DNA from: Kiritimatiellia bacterium
Lineage (GTDB): Bacteria > Verrucomicrobiota > Kiritimatiellia > RFP12 > UBA1067
Length of the DNA: 52,119 nt
Direction: 5' to 3'
Assembly: GCA_045600365.1 (NCBI GenBank)
Contig: JAZRXT010000103.1
Location: 1 to 52,119, forward strand
Shown: piece after piece, positions 1 through 9,548 of the stretch
Position numbering within the stretch: position 1 is the stretch's first letter
Layout: each line of letters begins with the position of its first letter
Program-made: the position numbers and the translations under genes
Notes under the pieces: generated by a model
The model's database searches: none
Seen by the model: the letters and a program-made list of their open reading frames with translations, nothing else
Told to the model about the DNA's origin: nothing

Positions 1-42
1 GATCCGCCCGCCGCGGCCCAGAGGGGCGGCGAACGAGACAAT

Positions 43-71
43 AGTATAGCAAAAAACGGCAGGACGCGCAA
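43..71 (-). promoter_or_regulatory. sigma70-type promoter firing out of the left edge of the window
   Basis: Minus strand TTGCGC (71-66), 17 bp spacer, TGcTATACT (-10 at 48-43), with A/T tracts upstream (possible UP element). The target gene is outside the window. Confidence 0.55.
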
Positions 72-163
72 GCAGAAAAATGAGAAAAAATTATAATGGC
101 AAAATATCGCGTATTCACTGCGGTTAAATTGCGTTAAGAACGCCAAACCACCCAACTACACAA

Positions 164-246
164 CCGAACAATCAAACAATCCGAACAATCAAACAATCGA
201 ACAATCCGAACAATCGAACAATCGAACAATCGAACAATCGAACAAT
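164..246. repeat. tandem array of ten 8-9 bp units (C/CC)(G/A)AACAAT
   Basis: Read directly: ccgaacaat caaacaat ccgaacaat caaacaat cgaacaat ccgaacaat then cgaacaat x4. Flanked by a 10 bp direct repeat acccaactac (150-159, 256-265). Confidence 0.95.
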
Positions 247-276
247 TGCCCTATTACCCAACTACGCAATTGCAAC

Positions 277-305
277 TTGAAGTGTAGGTGGAAGTTTGGT
301 ATACT
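277..305 (+). promoter_or_regulatory. sigma70 promoter of mlaE (probably leaderless)
   Basis: TTGAAG (277-282), 17 bp spacer, TGgTATACT (300-305). ATG at 314 with no SD. Confidence 0.65.
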
Positions 306-313
306 ATTCCCCC

Positions 314-1129
314 ATGAACATCACCAGAGAACCTCTGTTCGACTCGGGGGAGATGACCTTCCCCAGGCGAATGTATGCTTGGTTCGCAAGCGTAGGCATG
401 GCCGGCAGAATCCTCGTGGAATCGCTGTCCTATATGCCCGCCACGCTTGCGCGCGCATCGTCGCGCACCATGTTCTGCCGGCAGCTCTACATCACCGGCA
501 TCCGCACATTGCCAGTGATAACGGTGGTGGGGCTTTTCGTGGGAATGATTCTCGGCCTGCAGGTTGGTCTCGCGCTGCGGCAGTTCAATCAGGAGATGTA
601 TCTCGGCGCGGCGGTGATGCTATCGCTGGTGCGCGAGATGAGCCCTTTCATAACCGGCATCTGCCTTTCGGCGTGCGTGGGCTCCGCGTTGGCCGCCGAG
701 CTGGGGACAATGACGGTCAACGATGAAGTGGCGGCACTGGAGATCATGTCCATATCGCCCGTCAAGTTCCTGGCCGCGCCGCGCATCGGCGCGCTGCTCA
801 CCATGTCGCCCATTCTCGCCTTCTATGCCTGCACCCTGGGAGTGATCGGCGGCGGGCTCGTCGGATACACGCAGCTGAATGTGGGATTCCATCAGTTCAT
901 GACCAGCGCCATGGGCATCGTCGTGGCGAAGGATCTGTATGTGGGGCTGCTGAAGGCGACGATTTTCGGCGCCGTGATCGGTGCCGTATCCTGTCACCAG
1001 GGATTCACCGTCACCATGGGAGCCACCGGCGTGGGCCGGGCCACCCAGCGCTGCGTGATCATCTCGTTCCTGCTCATTCTAGTGCTGGGGTACATGGTAA
1101 CCCGCGCCTTCTACCTGGAGTTCATCTGA
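314..1129 (+). CDS. mlaE: MlaE-family ABC transporter permease
   Basis: Motifs LVREMSP, GSALAAELGTMTVNDEVAAL, PRI, GVGRATQRCVI. ATG 314 preferred to TTG 296. Stop overlaps the mlaF start. Confidence 0.92.
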   Translation: MNITREPLFDSGEMTFPRRMYAWFASVGMAGRILVESLSYMPATLARASSRTMFCRQLYITGIRTLPVITVVGLFVGMILGLQVGLALRQFNQEMYLGAAVMLSLVREMSPFITGICLSACVGSALAAELGTMTVNDEVAALEIMSISPVKFLAAPRIGALLTMSPILAFYACTLGVIGGGLVGYTQLNVGFHQFMTSAMGIVVAKDLYVGLLKATIFGAVIGAVSCHQGFTVTMGATGVGRATQRCVIISFLLILVLGYMVTRAFYLEFI

Positions 1130-1905
1130 TGATACGCTTCGAAAACGTGGTGAAGCGCTTTGGTTCGCGCGAGGTGCTCTCAGGCGTGAGCTTCGAGGTA
1201 CGAAAGGGCGAACTGCTCGCACTGGTGGGGCCGTCGGGCACCGGCAAGAGCGTCACGCTCAAGCACCTGGTGGGTCTACTCACGCCGACGAGCGGCAAGG
1301 TCCTTTTCGAGGGCACCGATATCTCGTCGGCCTCCGGACGCGACCTCGAACGCCTGCGCGAGCGCTTCGGCTATCTCTTCCAGGGCGGCGCCCTGCTCGG
1401 ATGGATGACCGTGGCCGAGAACGTGGCGCTCCCGCTGCGCGAACGCACCCACCTCGGCGAAGAGGAAATCGCCGCGCGCACCGCGGAGGCGCTCGCCGCC
1501 GTGGAACTAACGGACGCAGCGGACCGCTATCCCGCCGAAATCTCCGGCGGAATGCAGAAGCGGGCCGGCCTCGCCCGCGCGATAGTGCGGCGCAACGACA
1601 TCATCCTCTACGATGAACCCACGAGCGGATTGGACCCGGTGACATCGATCACCATCAACCGCCTGATCCGGCGACTCAACCGCGAGCGCGGAATCACCTC
1701 CATAGTCGTGACCCACGACCTGCAGAGCGCACTGCTGTTCGCCGACCGGATCATCATGCTCAAGAATGGCCATGTCGTTGAGTCGGCCACGCCCGACGAC
1801 TTCGTCCGCTCGCCAGTCCCCTCCGCGAGGGAATTCCTTGACGCACAGTTTATAACCGAAGAATCCTACATGAGGATGAAGGAGAACCATGAAAAGAAAT
1901 CGTGA
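1129..1905 (+). CDS. mlaF: MlaF-family ABC ATP-binding protein
   Basis: Walker A GPSGTGKS, signature ISGGMQKRAGLARA, Walker B ILYDEPTSGLDP; lies between mlaE and an MCE gene. Confidence 0.93.
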   Translation: MIRFENVVKRFGSREVLSGVSFEVRKGELLALVGPSGTGKSVTLKHLVGLLTPTSGKVLFEGTDISSASGRDLERLRERFGYLFQGGALLGWMTVAENVALPLRERTHLGEEEIAARTAEALAAVELTDAADRYPAEISGGMQKRAGLARAIVRRNDIILYDEPTSGLDPVTSITINRLIRRLNRERGITSIVVTHDLQSALLFADRIIMLKNGHVVESATPDDFVRSPVPSAREFLDAQFITEESYMRMKENHEKKS

Positions 1906-3034
1906 TGCATTTTCAGAAGCCATCACCGGCGTCTTCATGACGGCGGTGCTGGCTCTGCTGGCATACTTCACCATCGTAATCTCGGGCATCGATCTGTTCT
2001 CTGGACGCGCCCGCGTGCCCGTGCGGGCGTCCTTCGACGACGTTGGCGGACTCAAGACGCGCGACAACGTGATCTACCGCGGCATGAAGGTGGGCACGGT
2101 CGAGAACATCGCGCTCGGCGACACCAACGTCACCGTGACCATGGTGGTGGACAAGGACGTGGTACTGCGAACTTCCGCCCGCGCCTCGGTTCAGGCGCTG
2201 TCGCTCCTGGGTGGCAACTATCTGCTGCTGGACGAGGGCGAGGGAAAGATCGTCCCGCTCGATTCCACGGTCGTGCACGGAAAACGCCCCGCCGACTTCA
2301 TGCGCACGCTCGGCGACTTCGCCGCCAGTCTTGAAGGCAGGGGCGAAAAGGGGGCCGGCGGCGTGATCGCCGAGTTCAGGCAGGTCGGCGAAAACCTCAA
2401 CCGGATTGCCGAACGCATCGAGCGCGGCGAGGGCACAATCGGGCGACTGCTCTCCGCCGACGATTCGGTCTACAACGAGATCAAGGACACCGTCGAAGGT
2501 GCAAAGCGCGTGGTGACCAACGCGGAAAACACCATGTCCAACATCGTGATCATCTCGGAGCGCCTCGAGAAAGGCGAGGGAACGCTCGGCCGCCTGCTGT
2601 CCAAGAACGACGACCTCTATCTCGACATCAAGAAGACGATGGAAAACGCCGCCGCCATCTCGGAGCGCCTCGAGAAGGGCGAGGGAACGCTTGGCAAGAT
2701 CCTCTCGCGGGACGAGACCGTCTTCACCGATCTGAAGGCCACGCTCGCGAATCTCAAGGCGACCACCGAAGGCCTCAAGAGCGGAGACGGCCTCATCGGA
2801 CGTCTCTCCAACGACAAGACGCTGGCCGACGACGCCGCCCGGCTCGTCGCCAATCTCAAGACGGTCTCGGACCGCCTCGAGAAAGGAGAGGGAACGCTCG
2901 GCCGGATCGTTTCGGATCGCGGAATGTACGATGAACTGAACGCCCTCATCAAGGACGTGAGACAGATCGTTGACAACTGGCGCGACACCACGCCGATCAC
3001 CACGTTCGGCTCTCTCGCAACTGGAGCGCTCTAA
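1889..3034 (+). CDS. mlaD: MlaD/MCE-domain protein with repeated helical C-terminal region
   Basis: N-terminal TM helix, MCE motif FDDVGGLKTRDNVIYRGMKVGTV...SLLGGNYL, and five (L/I)E(K/R)GEGT(L/I)GRL-like repeats. Confidence 0.88.
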   Translation: MKRNRDAFSEAITGVFMTAVLALLAYFTIVISGIDLFSGRARVPVRASFDDVGGLKTRDNVIYRGMKVGTVENIALGDTNVTVTMVVDKDVVLRTSARASVQALSLLGGNYLLLDEGEGKIVPLDSTVVHGKRPADFMRTLGDFAASLEGRGEKGAGGVIAEFRQVGENLNRIAERIERGEGTIGRLLSADDSVYNEIKDTVEGAKRVVTNAENTMSNIVIISERLEKGEGTLGRLLSKNDDLYLDIKKTMENAAAISERLEKGEGTLGKILSRDETVFTDLKATLANLKATTEGLKSGDGLIGRLSNDKTLADDAARLVANLKTVSDRLEKGEGTLGRIVSDRGMYDELNALIKDVRQIVDNWRDTTPITTFGSLATGAL

Positions 3035-3105
3035 AGAGAGTTTCGCAGGCCCCCGCCAGGGGGTGCGCGGACAACCACAGACAAAACACGAAAGGACACA
3101 AAGCA

Positions 3106-4152
3106 ATGAACAGCATCAAGACCCTGGCGGGCGTTGCGCTCGCCCTCGGTGTGGCCACGGGCTGCGGCCCCTCCAAGCCGGAGCTTCACATCTACACCTG
3201 GAGCGACTACATCGACGCAGAGGTGATAGCGCAGTTCGAACAGCGCGAGAACTGCAAGGTGGTGGTCGACACCTTCGACTCCAACGAGGCCATGTACGCC
3301 AAGCTGCAGGCAGGATCCACCGGCTACGACATCATGATGCCGAGCTCCTACCAGATCCCCATGATGGTCAAGAACGGCATGATCCGCAAGCTTGACCAGT
3401 CGAAGCTGCCCAACGTGGCGAAGAACATCGACAAGAGCTACCTTGCCTGCGTACTCGACCCGTCGATGACCTACAATGTCCCCTACATGGTGACCTACAC
3501 CGGTTTCGTGTATCGCAAGGACAAACTCGGCGAAACCCCCGTAGACACCTGGCACGTGCTGGAGAACGAGGGATTCAAGGGCCGGACCTCGCTGCTCTCG
3601 GACATGCGCGAGACCATCGGCGGCGCACTCAAGTGCCTTGGATACTCGCTCAACAGCACCAATCCCGCCGAGATCGACAAGGCCGTGGAGCTGGTGCTCA
3701 AGTGGAAGAAGAACGTGGCCAAGTTCGACAACGAACAGTACAAGACCGCCGTCGCCTCCGGCGAGTGGTTCATCGGACACGGATACTCCTCCGACGCCTG
3801 CCAGATCGTCGTCGAGGATCCTGAACACATCGGCTTCGCCCTGCCCAAGGAGGGCTTCACCATCGCATTCGACGAAATGGTGATCGCTGCCAACGCCCCG
3901 CAGCCCGAGCTCGCGCACAAGTTCATCAACTTCGTCTACGAGGCCGATATCGCCAAGGCCAACATCGAGGGCGTCTGCTGCCCGATGCCGGTGGCCCCCG
4001 CGCTCGCGGCGCTGGAACCGAAGCTCAAAAAGGCCATCGTGATCGACCCCGAGACCCTGAAGCACGGCGAAGTGCTTAAGGACCTCAGCGCAGATCGGAA
4101 GATCTACGATCTCTACATCAAGGCCTGGGATAAGATCAAGGCCAGCGAATAG
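3106..4152 (+). CDS. potD: spermidine/putrescine ABC transporter substrate-binding lipoprotein (PotD/PotF family)
   Basis: Lipobox ATGC; LHIYTWSDYID, FDSNEAMYAKL, GYDIMMPSSY, LPKEG, AHKFINF; SD aaagga. Confidence 0.88.
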   Translation: MNSIKTLAGVALALGVATGCGPSKPELHIYTWSDYIDAEVIAQFEQRENCKVVVDTFDSNEAMYAKLQAGSTGYDIMMPSSYQIPMMVKNGMIRKLDQSKLPNVAKNIDKSYLACVLDPSMTYNVPYMVTYTGFVYRKDKLGETPVDTWHVLENEGFKGRTSLLSDMRETIGGALKCLGYSLNSTNPAEIDKAVELVLKWKKNVAKFDNEQYKTAVASGEWFIGHGYSSDACQIVVEDPEHIGFALPKEGFTIAFDEMVIAANAPQPELAHKFINFVYEADIAKANIEGVCCPMPVAPALAALEPKLKKAIVIDPETLKHGEVLKDLSADRKIYDLYIKAWDKIKASE

Positions 4153-4157
4153 CAGCG

Positions 4158-4235
4158 TTGTTCACAACCTGTTGACAACCGTTCGACATCTGTCGACATC
4201 TCGGCCGCCCAATCGGGCGGCCGATTTGGTATAAT
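4158..4235 (+). promoter_or_regulatory. dnaB upstream region: degenerate DnaA boxes, GC hairpin and extended -10
   Basis: ttgttcaca 4158-4166, tgttgacaa 4170-4178; inverted repeat tcggccgccc-aatc-gggcggccga 4201-4224; TGgTATAAT 4230-4235, 7 nt before the ATG. Confidence 0.55.
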
Positions 4236-4242
4236 ATTTTGC

Positions 4243-5787
4243 ATGGCAGAAGAACTTAGAACACCTCCGCACAGTAAAGAGGCGGAGAACGGAATCATCG
4301 GCTCGATCCTCCTCGACGCCACGCTCGGCGACAGCGCCCGCGTGCTCGACCTGTGCCAAGCCAAGGGCCTTACCTCGGAATCATTCTACGATCCAAGAAA
4401 TCGCCTGCTCTTCGAAACCTTCATCGAAATGACGACCGCGTCGGCGCCAATAGATGCCGTGACGCTCACCGAACGTCTGCGCACGACGTCCCGCCTGGAC
4501 GCAGTTGGGGGAGTTGGCGCCATCCAGGCCCTGGTGGAGAACACCCCGGTCAGCGCACACGCCGAATACTACATCGACATCGTACGCCAGAAACACCTTC
4601 TTCGCATGGTCATCAACCGGGCCCGCGAGGCAGAAGGCCGCTGCTTCGACGACGCGCAGAATGCCAACCCCGACGTGCTGCTCGGCGAAGTGGAGAAGAG
4701 CTTCCTCGATATCGGTGGTGCAGCCTCGACGCGAGTGGACTGGCGGACCGCGGTCGAGAACACGCTCAAGGCGATGGACCGTCTCTTCGAAGGCGGCTCT
4801 GACCAGTTCGACGGTCTGCCCACAGGATACAAGTACCTGGATGAGAAGATCATGGGCCTCAAGGGCGGCGACATGATCGTGGTCGCGGCACGTCCATCGG
4901 TGGGCAAGACATCGCTCGCAATGAACATTGCGGAGTGCATCGCCCTCGGCCTGGACATCAACGGCATGCCGATGAAGGGTGGCCACAACCATCCCCACCC
5001 AGTACTGATTTTCTCTCTGGAAATGAGCACCGAGTCGCTGGCAAAGCGAATGCTGGCCGGTCGCGCGGCCGTGAACACCTGGCGTCTCCAGCGCGGCATG
5101 CTGCATTCGGATGAACGCATCGCCTCCAGCCAGCGCCTGCTCGCGGCGGCGGGCGTGCTGCGCAACGCTCCCATCTACATCGACGACACGGCCGGCATCG
5201 ACGTGGCCGACATGCGCGCACGCGCACGCCGAATGAAGCGGATGCACAACATTGAGCTCATCGTGATCGACTACCTCCAGCTGGCGAACTGCCGCGAGTT
5301 CGCCCGGCAGGGCCGCCAGCTCGAAACCTCGCGCATCTCAGGCCAGATCAAGGCAATGGCGAAGGAGCTCCATGTGCCGGTAATCGTGCTGTCGCAGCTT
5401 TCGCGCGCCAACGAAAAGGATGGCGACAAGGATGAAATTCCCAAGCTCTCGCACCTGCGCGACTCCGGCGCCATCGAACAGGATGCCGACATGGTCTTCC
5501 TGCTGCGGCGCCCCTGCAGATCCAAAACTGCCCAGTGGCACGACGACGAACTGCTCGCAATCGTGGACGTGGCCAAGAACCGCAACGGCGAAACCGGCGA
5601 GGTGGACCTCAACTTCTTCAAAGAGGGAACGCGCTTCGGAGACCGTCCCCAGGGCCAGCGCGGCGCCAAGGCGAACGCGGAAGCCACCAAAGAGGCCGAT
5701 ATCGCCACCTCGAAGGAAATCCACGAACCCCCGCCTGAAGCCATGGAGGAGAAGAAGGATCTGATACAGCAGGAGCTGCTAATCTGA
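4243..5787 (+). CDS. dnaB: replicative DNA helicase DnaB
   Basis: PPHSKEAE N-terminus, AARPSVGKT, FSLEM, IDYLQL, LSQLSR, LRDSGAIEQDAD, AKNRNG. Confidence 0.97.
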   Translation: MAEELRTPPHSKEAENGIIGSILLDATLGDSARVLDLCQAKGLTSESFYDPRNRLLFETFIEMTTASAPIDAVTLTERLRTTSRLDAVGGVGAIQALVENTPVSAHAEYYIDIVRQKHLLRMVINRAREAEGRCFDDAQNANPDVLLGEVEKSFLDIGGAASTRVDWRTAVENTLKAMDRLFEGGSDQFDGLPTGYKYLDEKIMGLKGGDMIVVAARPSVGKTSLAMNIAECIALGLDINGMPMKGGHNHPHPVLIFSLEMSTESLAKRMLAGRAAVNTWRLQRGMLHSDERIASSQRLLAAAGVLRNAPIYIDDTAGIDVADMRARARRMKRMHNIELIVIDYLQLANCREFARQGRQLETSRISGQIKAMAKELHVPVIVLSQLSRANEKDGDKDEIPKLSHLRDSGAIEQDADMVFLLRRPCRSKTAQWHDDELLAIVDVAKNRNGETGEVDLNFFKEGTRFGDRPQGQRGAKANAEATKEADIATSKEIHEPPPEAMEEKKDLIQQELLI

Positions 5788-5797
5788 CAGCCGTATC

Positions 5798-6088
5798 CTA
5801 GCCGGCGGCAGATCCGCTGCCCTGAACCTTGAAGCCGCGCAGGAGCAGACGCTTGGTCTTCGAGGTCTCGCCACCGAGGAATGCAACTCCCGACTTTGGA
5901 AGACCGAAATGATCAGCGAGCACGCCGATAATTTCCTTGTTCGCCTTGCCGTCAACGGGCGAGGCGCGCACCCTCACCACCAGCGCATCGTCGGTCACGT
6001 CAACCCCTGGCCGGGATGAACGTGGCTTGGCGCGCACGTTCACCACAGTTCCTTCGGGCGTATCGCGGAACCATGCCATGCTTCGCAT
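5798..6088 (-). CDS. DUF167/YggU-family protein
   Basis: VRAKPRS...VRASPVDGKAN...GETSKTK pattern, 96 aa. Confidence 0.85.
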   Translation of the reverse strand: MRSMAWFRDTPEGTVVNVRAKPRSSRPGVDVTDDALVVRVRASPVDGKANKEIIGVLADHFGLPKSGVAFLGGETSKTKRLLLRGFKVQGSGSAAG

Positions 6089-6091
6089 TCC

Positions 6092-7171
6092 TCAGCGGCA
6101 GAGCGAAAGCGTGAGCACCGCGAACGAGGTCACCAGCACCGGGTCGTTCTCCCAGAAGCGGTTGTTGTCGTTGCACCACGAACCGTCCGCTGCCTGCAGC
6201 GAAAGCAGCTTGGCCGCCAGTTCCCGCTTCCAGGCGATCTTCGTGCCATCGGGACGGGTCAGCTCCTCGAGTCCCGTCACGGAAAGCGCACGGGCCAGGA
6301 TGTCGTAGGAGTAGTAGAGCCCCTGGTTGCCCTGGCCAGGATTCTCGTCCAGAGTCCAGAACTTCGAGCAGTACTCAAGCGCGCTCCTGACACGGTGGTC
6401 GCCGCGGCTCAGCTTCGCGTGACACAGCGACAGCACAGCGGCATAGCTCATGGAACCATAGGCGCGAAGCTGCACGCGCCCGGAGGAGTTTGTGGCCACG
6501 CCACCCTGGGGCGTGCGGTCGTTGTAGGCGGCACCGCCGGCCCTTTCGCCCGTGTGCTCCTGCAGATGGGTGACGAACTCCACCGCCTTCGCCCAGTCGA
6601 GGTCGGCGCGCTTCTGCCCTTTCGGACGAAAATCCTCCGCCGCCTCGGTACGCCGCATTGCATCGAGCGCATACGACGTATTGGAAAGATCCGCATAGCG
6701 TCGGCGGCTCGCGCGATCGTAGCCAAAACCGCCAGCCATCGTGTCATCACCCGTCAGCTGGCTGGACGCAATGTAGGTACGGGCATCGAGAATCGCCTGC
6801 ATCGGGGCCAGCGAGCTTTCATAGAGCGCGCTCACGCAGACCGATGTATTGTAGTTGCCGAGTCCCGAACCACCACGCCCAGGCTTGGGAACGTAGAAGC
6901 CACCGTCGGGACGCTGCGTCCCAACCACGAAGGCAGCCGCCTTCTTAGCGGCCTCGCCGCCACCCTCGCCGCCACGAACCAGAGCCCATAGCGGCAATGC
7001 CGTCAGCGCCGGCATCTGCGCATCGGAGAAATGACCGTCTTCCGCCTGCTTCGTCAGGAGAAAGGCCACTCCCTTCTTCACGGCGGCGTCAATTTCGGCA
7101 CCAGTCGGGGACACCTCTGCCAGGAGCGGCAGCACACACGCCACGGCCACGAGAAGAATTGATTTTCTCAT
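6092..7171 (-). CDS. secreted prenyltransferase/squalene-oxidase-repeat (alpha/alpha barrel) protein
   Basis: Signal peptide MRKSILLVAVACVLPLLA; QW-like repeats QAEDGHF, QRPDGGF, QAADGSW; GGFGY, YGSMSYA; SD aaagga before ATG 7171. Confidence 0.75.
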   Translation of the reverse strand: MRKSILLVAVACVLPLLAEVSPTGAEIDAAVKKGVAFLLTKQAEDGHFSDAQMPALTALPLWALVRGGEGGGEAAKKAAAFVVGTQRPDGGFYVPKPGRGGSGLGNYNTSVCVSALYESSLAPMQAILDARTYIASSQLTGDDTMAGGFGYDRASRRRYADLSNTSYALDAMRRTEAAEDFRPKGQKRADLDWAKAVEFVTHLQEHTGERAGGAAYNDRTPQGGVATNSSGRVQLRAYGSMSYAAVLSLCHAKLSRGDHRVRSALEYCSKFWTLDENPGQGNQGLYYSYDILARALSVTGLEELTRPDGTKIAWKRELAAKLLSLQAADGSWCNDNNRFWENDPVLVTSFAVLTLSLCR

Positions 7172-7222
7172 ATTGTTTCCTTTCCGATTCACCAGTTCAA
7201 ACGAAACCGATGCCTTCAGGGT

Positions 7223-8296
7223 TCAGAACATATCCTCCACCGCGGCAACCAGAACGGCAGCCGCCTCCTTTTCCGGAACCTTGCAGCGGAAGGCGCCCCC
7301 GACATAGAGCAGGAACTCGGCGTCGCCGCCGCAGAGCGCCACATCGGCATCGCGCGCCTCGCCCGGACCATTCACCGCGCACCCCATCACCGCAACCTTC
7401 GGAAACTCCGCCTGCGGATGCCGCCGCGCAAGCGCCTCCAGTGCCTGCTCGACTTCCCCCGCCACACGCTGCAGATCGACCCTGGTACGACCACAGGTGG
7501 GGCAGCTGGTCACGGAGGGGCCTCGCGGACGAAGACCCAGCGCCCGAAGGATCTCGATGCCGGTTCTCACCTCGCGCTCAGGCGAATCCGTCAGCGATAC
7601 GCGGATGGTGTCGCCAATCCCCTCGGCAAGCAGAATGCCCATCGCCACCGACGACCTCACCGTGCCTGGTAGCAGGGTTCCCGCCTCGGTTACGCCAAGA
7701 TGCAGCGGATAGTCCGTGCGCGCCGCGAGCAGGCGGTAGGCCTCGAGCGTGCGCGGCACATCACTTGCCTTGACGGAAATGGCGATTGATTCGAAGCCCT
7801 CGCGTTCAAGCAGTCCAACATGGGCCAGCGCCGAATCAACCAGCGCGGCGGCGGTTGCGCCGCCGTGGCGCGCCAGCACCTCGCGCTCCAGCGATCCGGC
7901 ATTGACTCCCACCCGGATCGGCACACCCATCGCCTTCGCCTCACGGGCAACCTTGCGAACATTCTCCGCCGCGCCCACATTCCCCGGGTTCAGGCGCAGG
8001 GCGTCCGCCCCCGCCTTTAGCGCCGCCAGGGCCAGGCGATGGTCGAAATGGATGTCGGCAACCAGTGGCACCCTGCTGGAACTCCGCACCTCGGCAAAGA
8101 CGTCGACTGCAGCCGCGTCAGGCACCGCGAGCCGTACCAGATCGGCACCGGCGGCGACACAGCGGTCAACCTGCGCCTTCACCGCCGCCGCGTCGTGGGC
8201 GTCGGCATTGGCCATGGTCTGGACCGACACCGGCGCACCACCGCCAATCTCCAGGTCGCCGACGCGAATCTTCCGCGTATGGCGGCGATCAGTCAC
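7223..8296 (-). CDS. ispG: (E)-4-hydroxy-3-methylbut-2-enyl-diphosphate synthase
   Basis: PVSVQTM, VADIHF, RLNPGN, IRVGVNAGSL, HLGVTEAG, GIGDTIRVSL, SCPTCGR, VMGCAVNGPGE. GTG start at 8296 overlaps the rseP end. Confidence 0.96.
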   Translation of the reverse strand: MTDRRHTRKIRVGDLEIGGGAPVSVQTMANADAHDAAAVKAQVDRCVAAGADLVRLAVPDAAAVDVFAEVRSSSRVPLVADIHFDHRLALAALKAGADALRLNPGNVGAAENVRKVAREAKAMGVPIRVGVNAGSLEREVLARHGGATAAALVDSALAHVGLLEREGFESIAISVKASDVPRTLEAYRLLAARTDYPLHLGVTEAGTLLPGTVRSSVAMGILLAEGIGDTIRVSLTDSPEREVRTGIEILRALGLRPRGPSVTSCPTCGRTRVDLQRVAGEVEQALEALARRHPQAEFPKVAVMGCAVNGPGEARDADVALCGGDAEFLLYVGGAFRCKVPEKEAAAVLVAAVEDMF

Positions 8297-9509
8297 CTGT
8301 CTTTTCCCCTTTGGCTGTTTCGGCGGCGTTGGTACAGGCCGGCGGCACGTCGAAGGCGGGACGGAAATCCGCAATGACGGCATCGCGACGTTCCTTCAAC
8401 TCCAGCAGACGCTCGTGCTCGCCCATTGCCATGTGGATCCGCCGGCTGCGCGAAACATCGCGCCACACCAGGAACAGCATCAGCGCCAGAAAGAGCCACA
8501 TGAAGCCCATCGTCAGCAGATCGGTGAACTTCTTCGGGGGCTTGCGGCGGAAGAGCAGCTCGAAGAGCGCAAAGAGAATGAGCCCGCCGTCCAGCACCGG
8601 AATCGGCATCAGATTCAGCATCGCGAGGTTCACATTGAGGAAGCGCAGAAAGCCGATGGCGTCCCAGCCATTGCGACGAACCTGGTTGTAGAGCCCCTCC
8701 GCGATCATGACGGGGCCGCCCAGCGCACGCGCGGCAGCCTTCGATTCCTTCGGCGTGCAGAGAGCCTTGAGGGTACGGACAATCTGCCCGGCGTCCCAGG
8801 AAAGCTGCTTGAGCGGATTCCTCGACGGCATCCAGGCGGCGGCGTTCACGCCATTGGTGATGGAGGCGGCGAGGATGTAGCAGGCACCGGTGACCTTGTC
8901 GCGCTTGGGCGCGATCTTCAGATCCACTGGCTTGCCACCCCGCTCGACCGTGAACACGGTCTGCTTCTCGCCGGCAATCTGGATTTCCGTGGTCATCTCG
9001 GTCCAGGTGCGCACGGTGTTGCCATTGACGGAAAGCACAATATCGCCCTTCTGCATGCCGGCTTCCGCCGCCGGTCCGTCGGGGAGAACCGAACCCACCT
9101 CGGCGGGCAACTCGCCAAAACGCGCGCCGGGCACAGCGGCCAGGAGGAAGGCGAGCACCACCGCCAGCACTATGTTGCCAAAGGGTCCGGCAAAGGCCAC
9201 CGCAATGCGCTTCCACGGCGGTGCTTCATCTATCTTCTCGCCATCACGCGTTCCCTGCAGCCCCTTGGTGCCTTCGGGGTCCAGCTGGGGCAATGCCACA
9301 TATCCGCCAAAAGGTATGGCGGAGATGCGATACTCGACGTCACCGTATCTCTTCTTCCAGAGGGCGGGGCCAAAGCCGATGGAGAATACGTCCACGCGAA
9401 ATCCCAGCAGACGGGCAACGAGAAAATGCCCGAACTCGTGAATGAAGATGGCGAACGAGAAAAGCAGTATGCAGGCTACGATCGCGCCCACTGTCAATAT
9501 TGTTTCCAT
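8289..9509 (-). CDS. rseP: RIP metalloprotease RseP (M50 with PDZ)
   Basis: HEFGH, FSIGFG, AGPFGN, PDZ segment GPAAEAGMQKGD, NLMPIPVLDGG. Confidence 0.93.
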   Translation of the reverse strand: METILTVGAIVACILLFSFAIFIHEFGHFLVARLLGFRVDVFSIGFGPALWKKRYGDVEYRISAIPFGGYVALPQLDPEGTKGLQGTRDGEKIDEAPPWKRIAVAFAGPFGNIVLAVVLAFLLAAVPGARFGELPAEVGSVLPDGPAAEAGMQKGDIVLSVNGNTVRTWTEMTTEIQIAGEKQTVFTVERGGKPVDLKIAPKRDKVTGACYILAASITNGVNAAAWMPSRNPLKQLSWDAGQIVRTLKALCTPKESKAAARALGGPVMIAEGLYNQVRRNGWDAIGFLRFLNVNLAMLNLMPIPVLDGGLILFALFELLFRRKPPKKFTDLLTMGFMWLFLALMLFLVWRDVSRSRRIHMAMGEHERLLELKERRDAVIADFRPAFDVPPACTNAAETAKGEKTGD

Positions 9510-9548
9510 GGCCTAATATTCTATCAAAAATACGGTTGATAAGCAATT

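Noticed and set aside
1-40. GC-rich start of the window as an RNA gene fragment
   Set aside because: Too short to identify; it follows a minus-strand promoter but matches no tRNA or rRNA motif I recognise.
164-246. Possible CRISPR array
   Set aside because: Units are 8-9 bp with no unique spacers and there are no cas genes; it is a simple tandem repeat.
2400-2910. Near-identical DNA repeats inside mlaD
   Set aside because: They encode GEGTLG helical repeats already common in long MCE proteins; not a mobile or regulatory repeat.
4243-5787. Intein in dnaB (or polA)
   Set aside because: Lengths are normal, with only short insertions and no splicing or endonuclease motifs.
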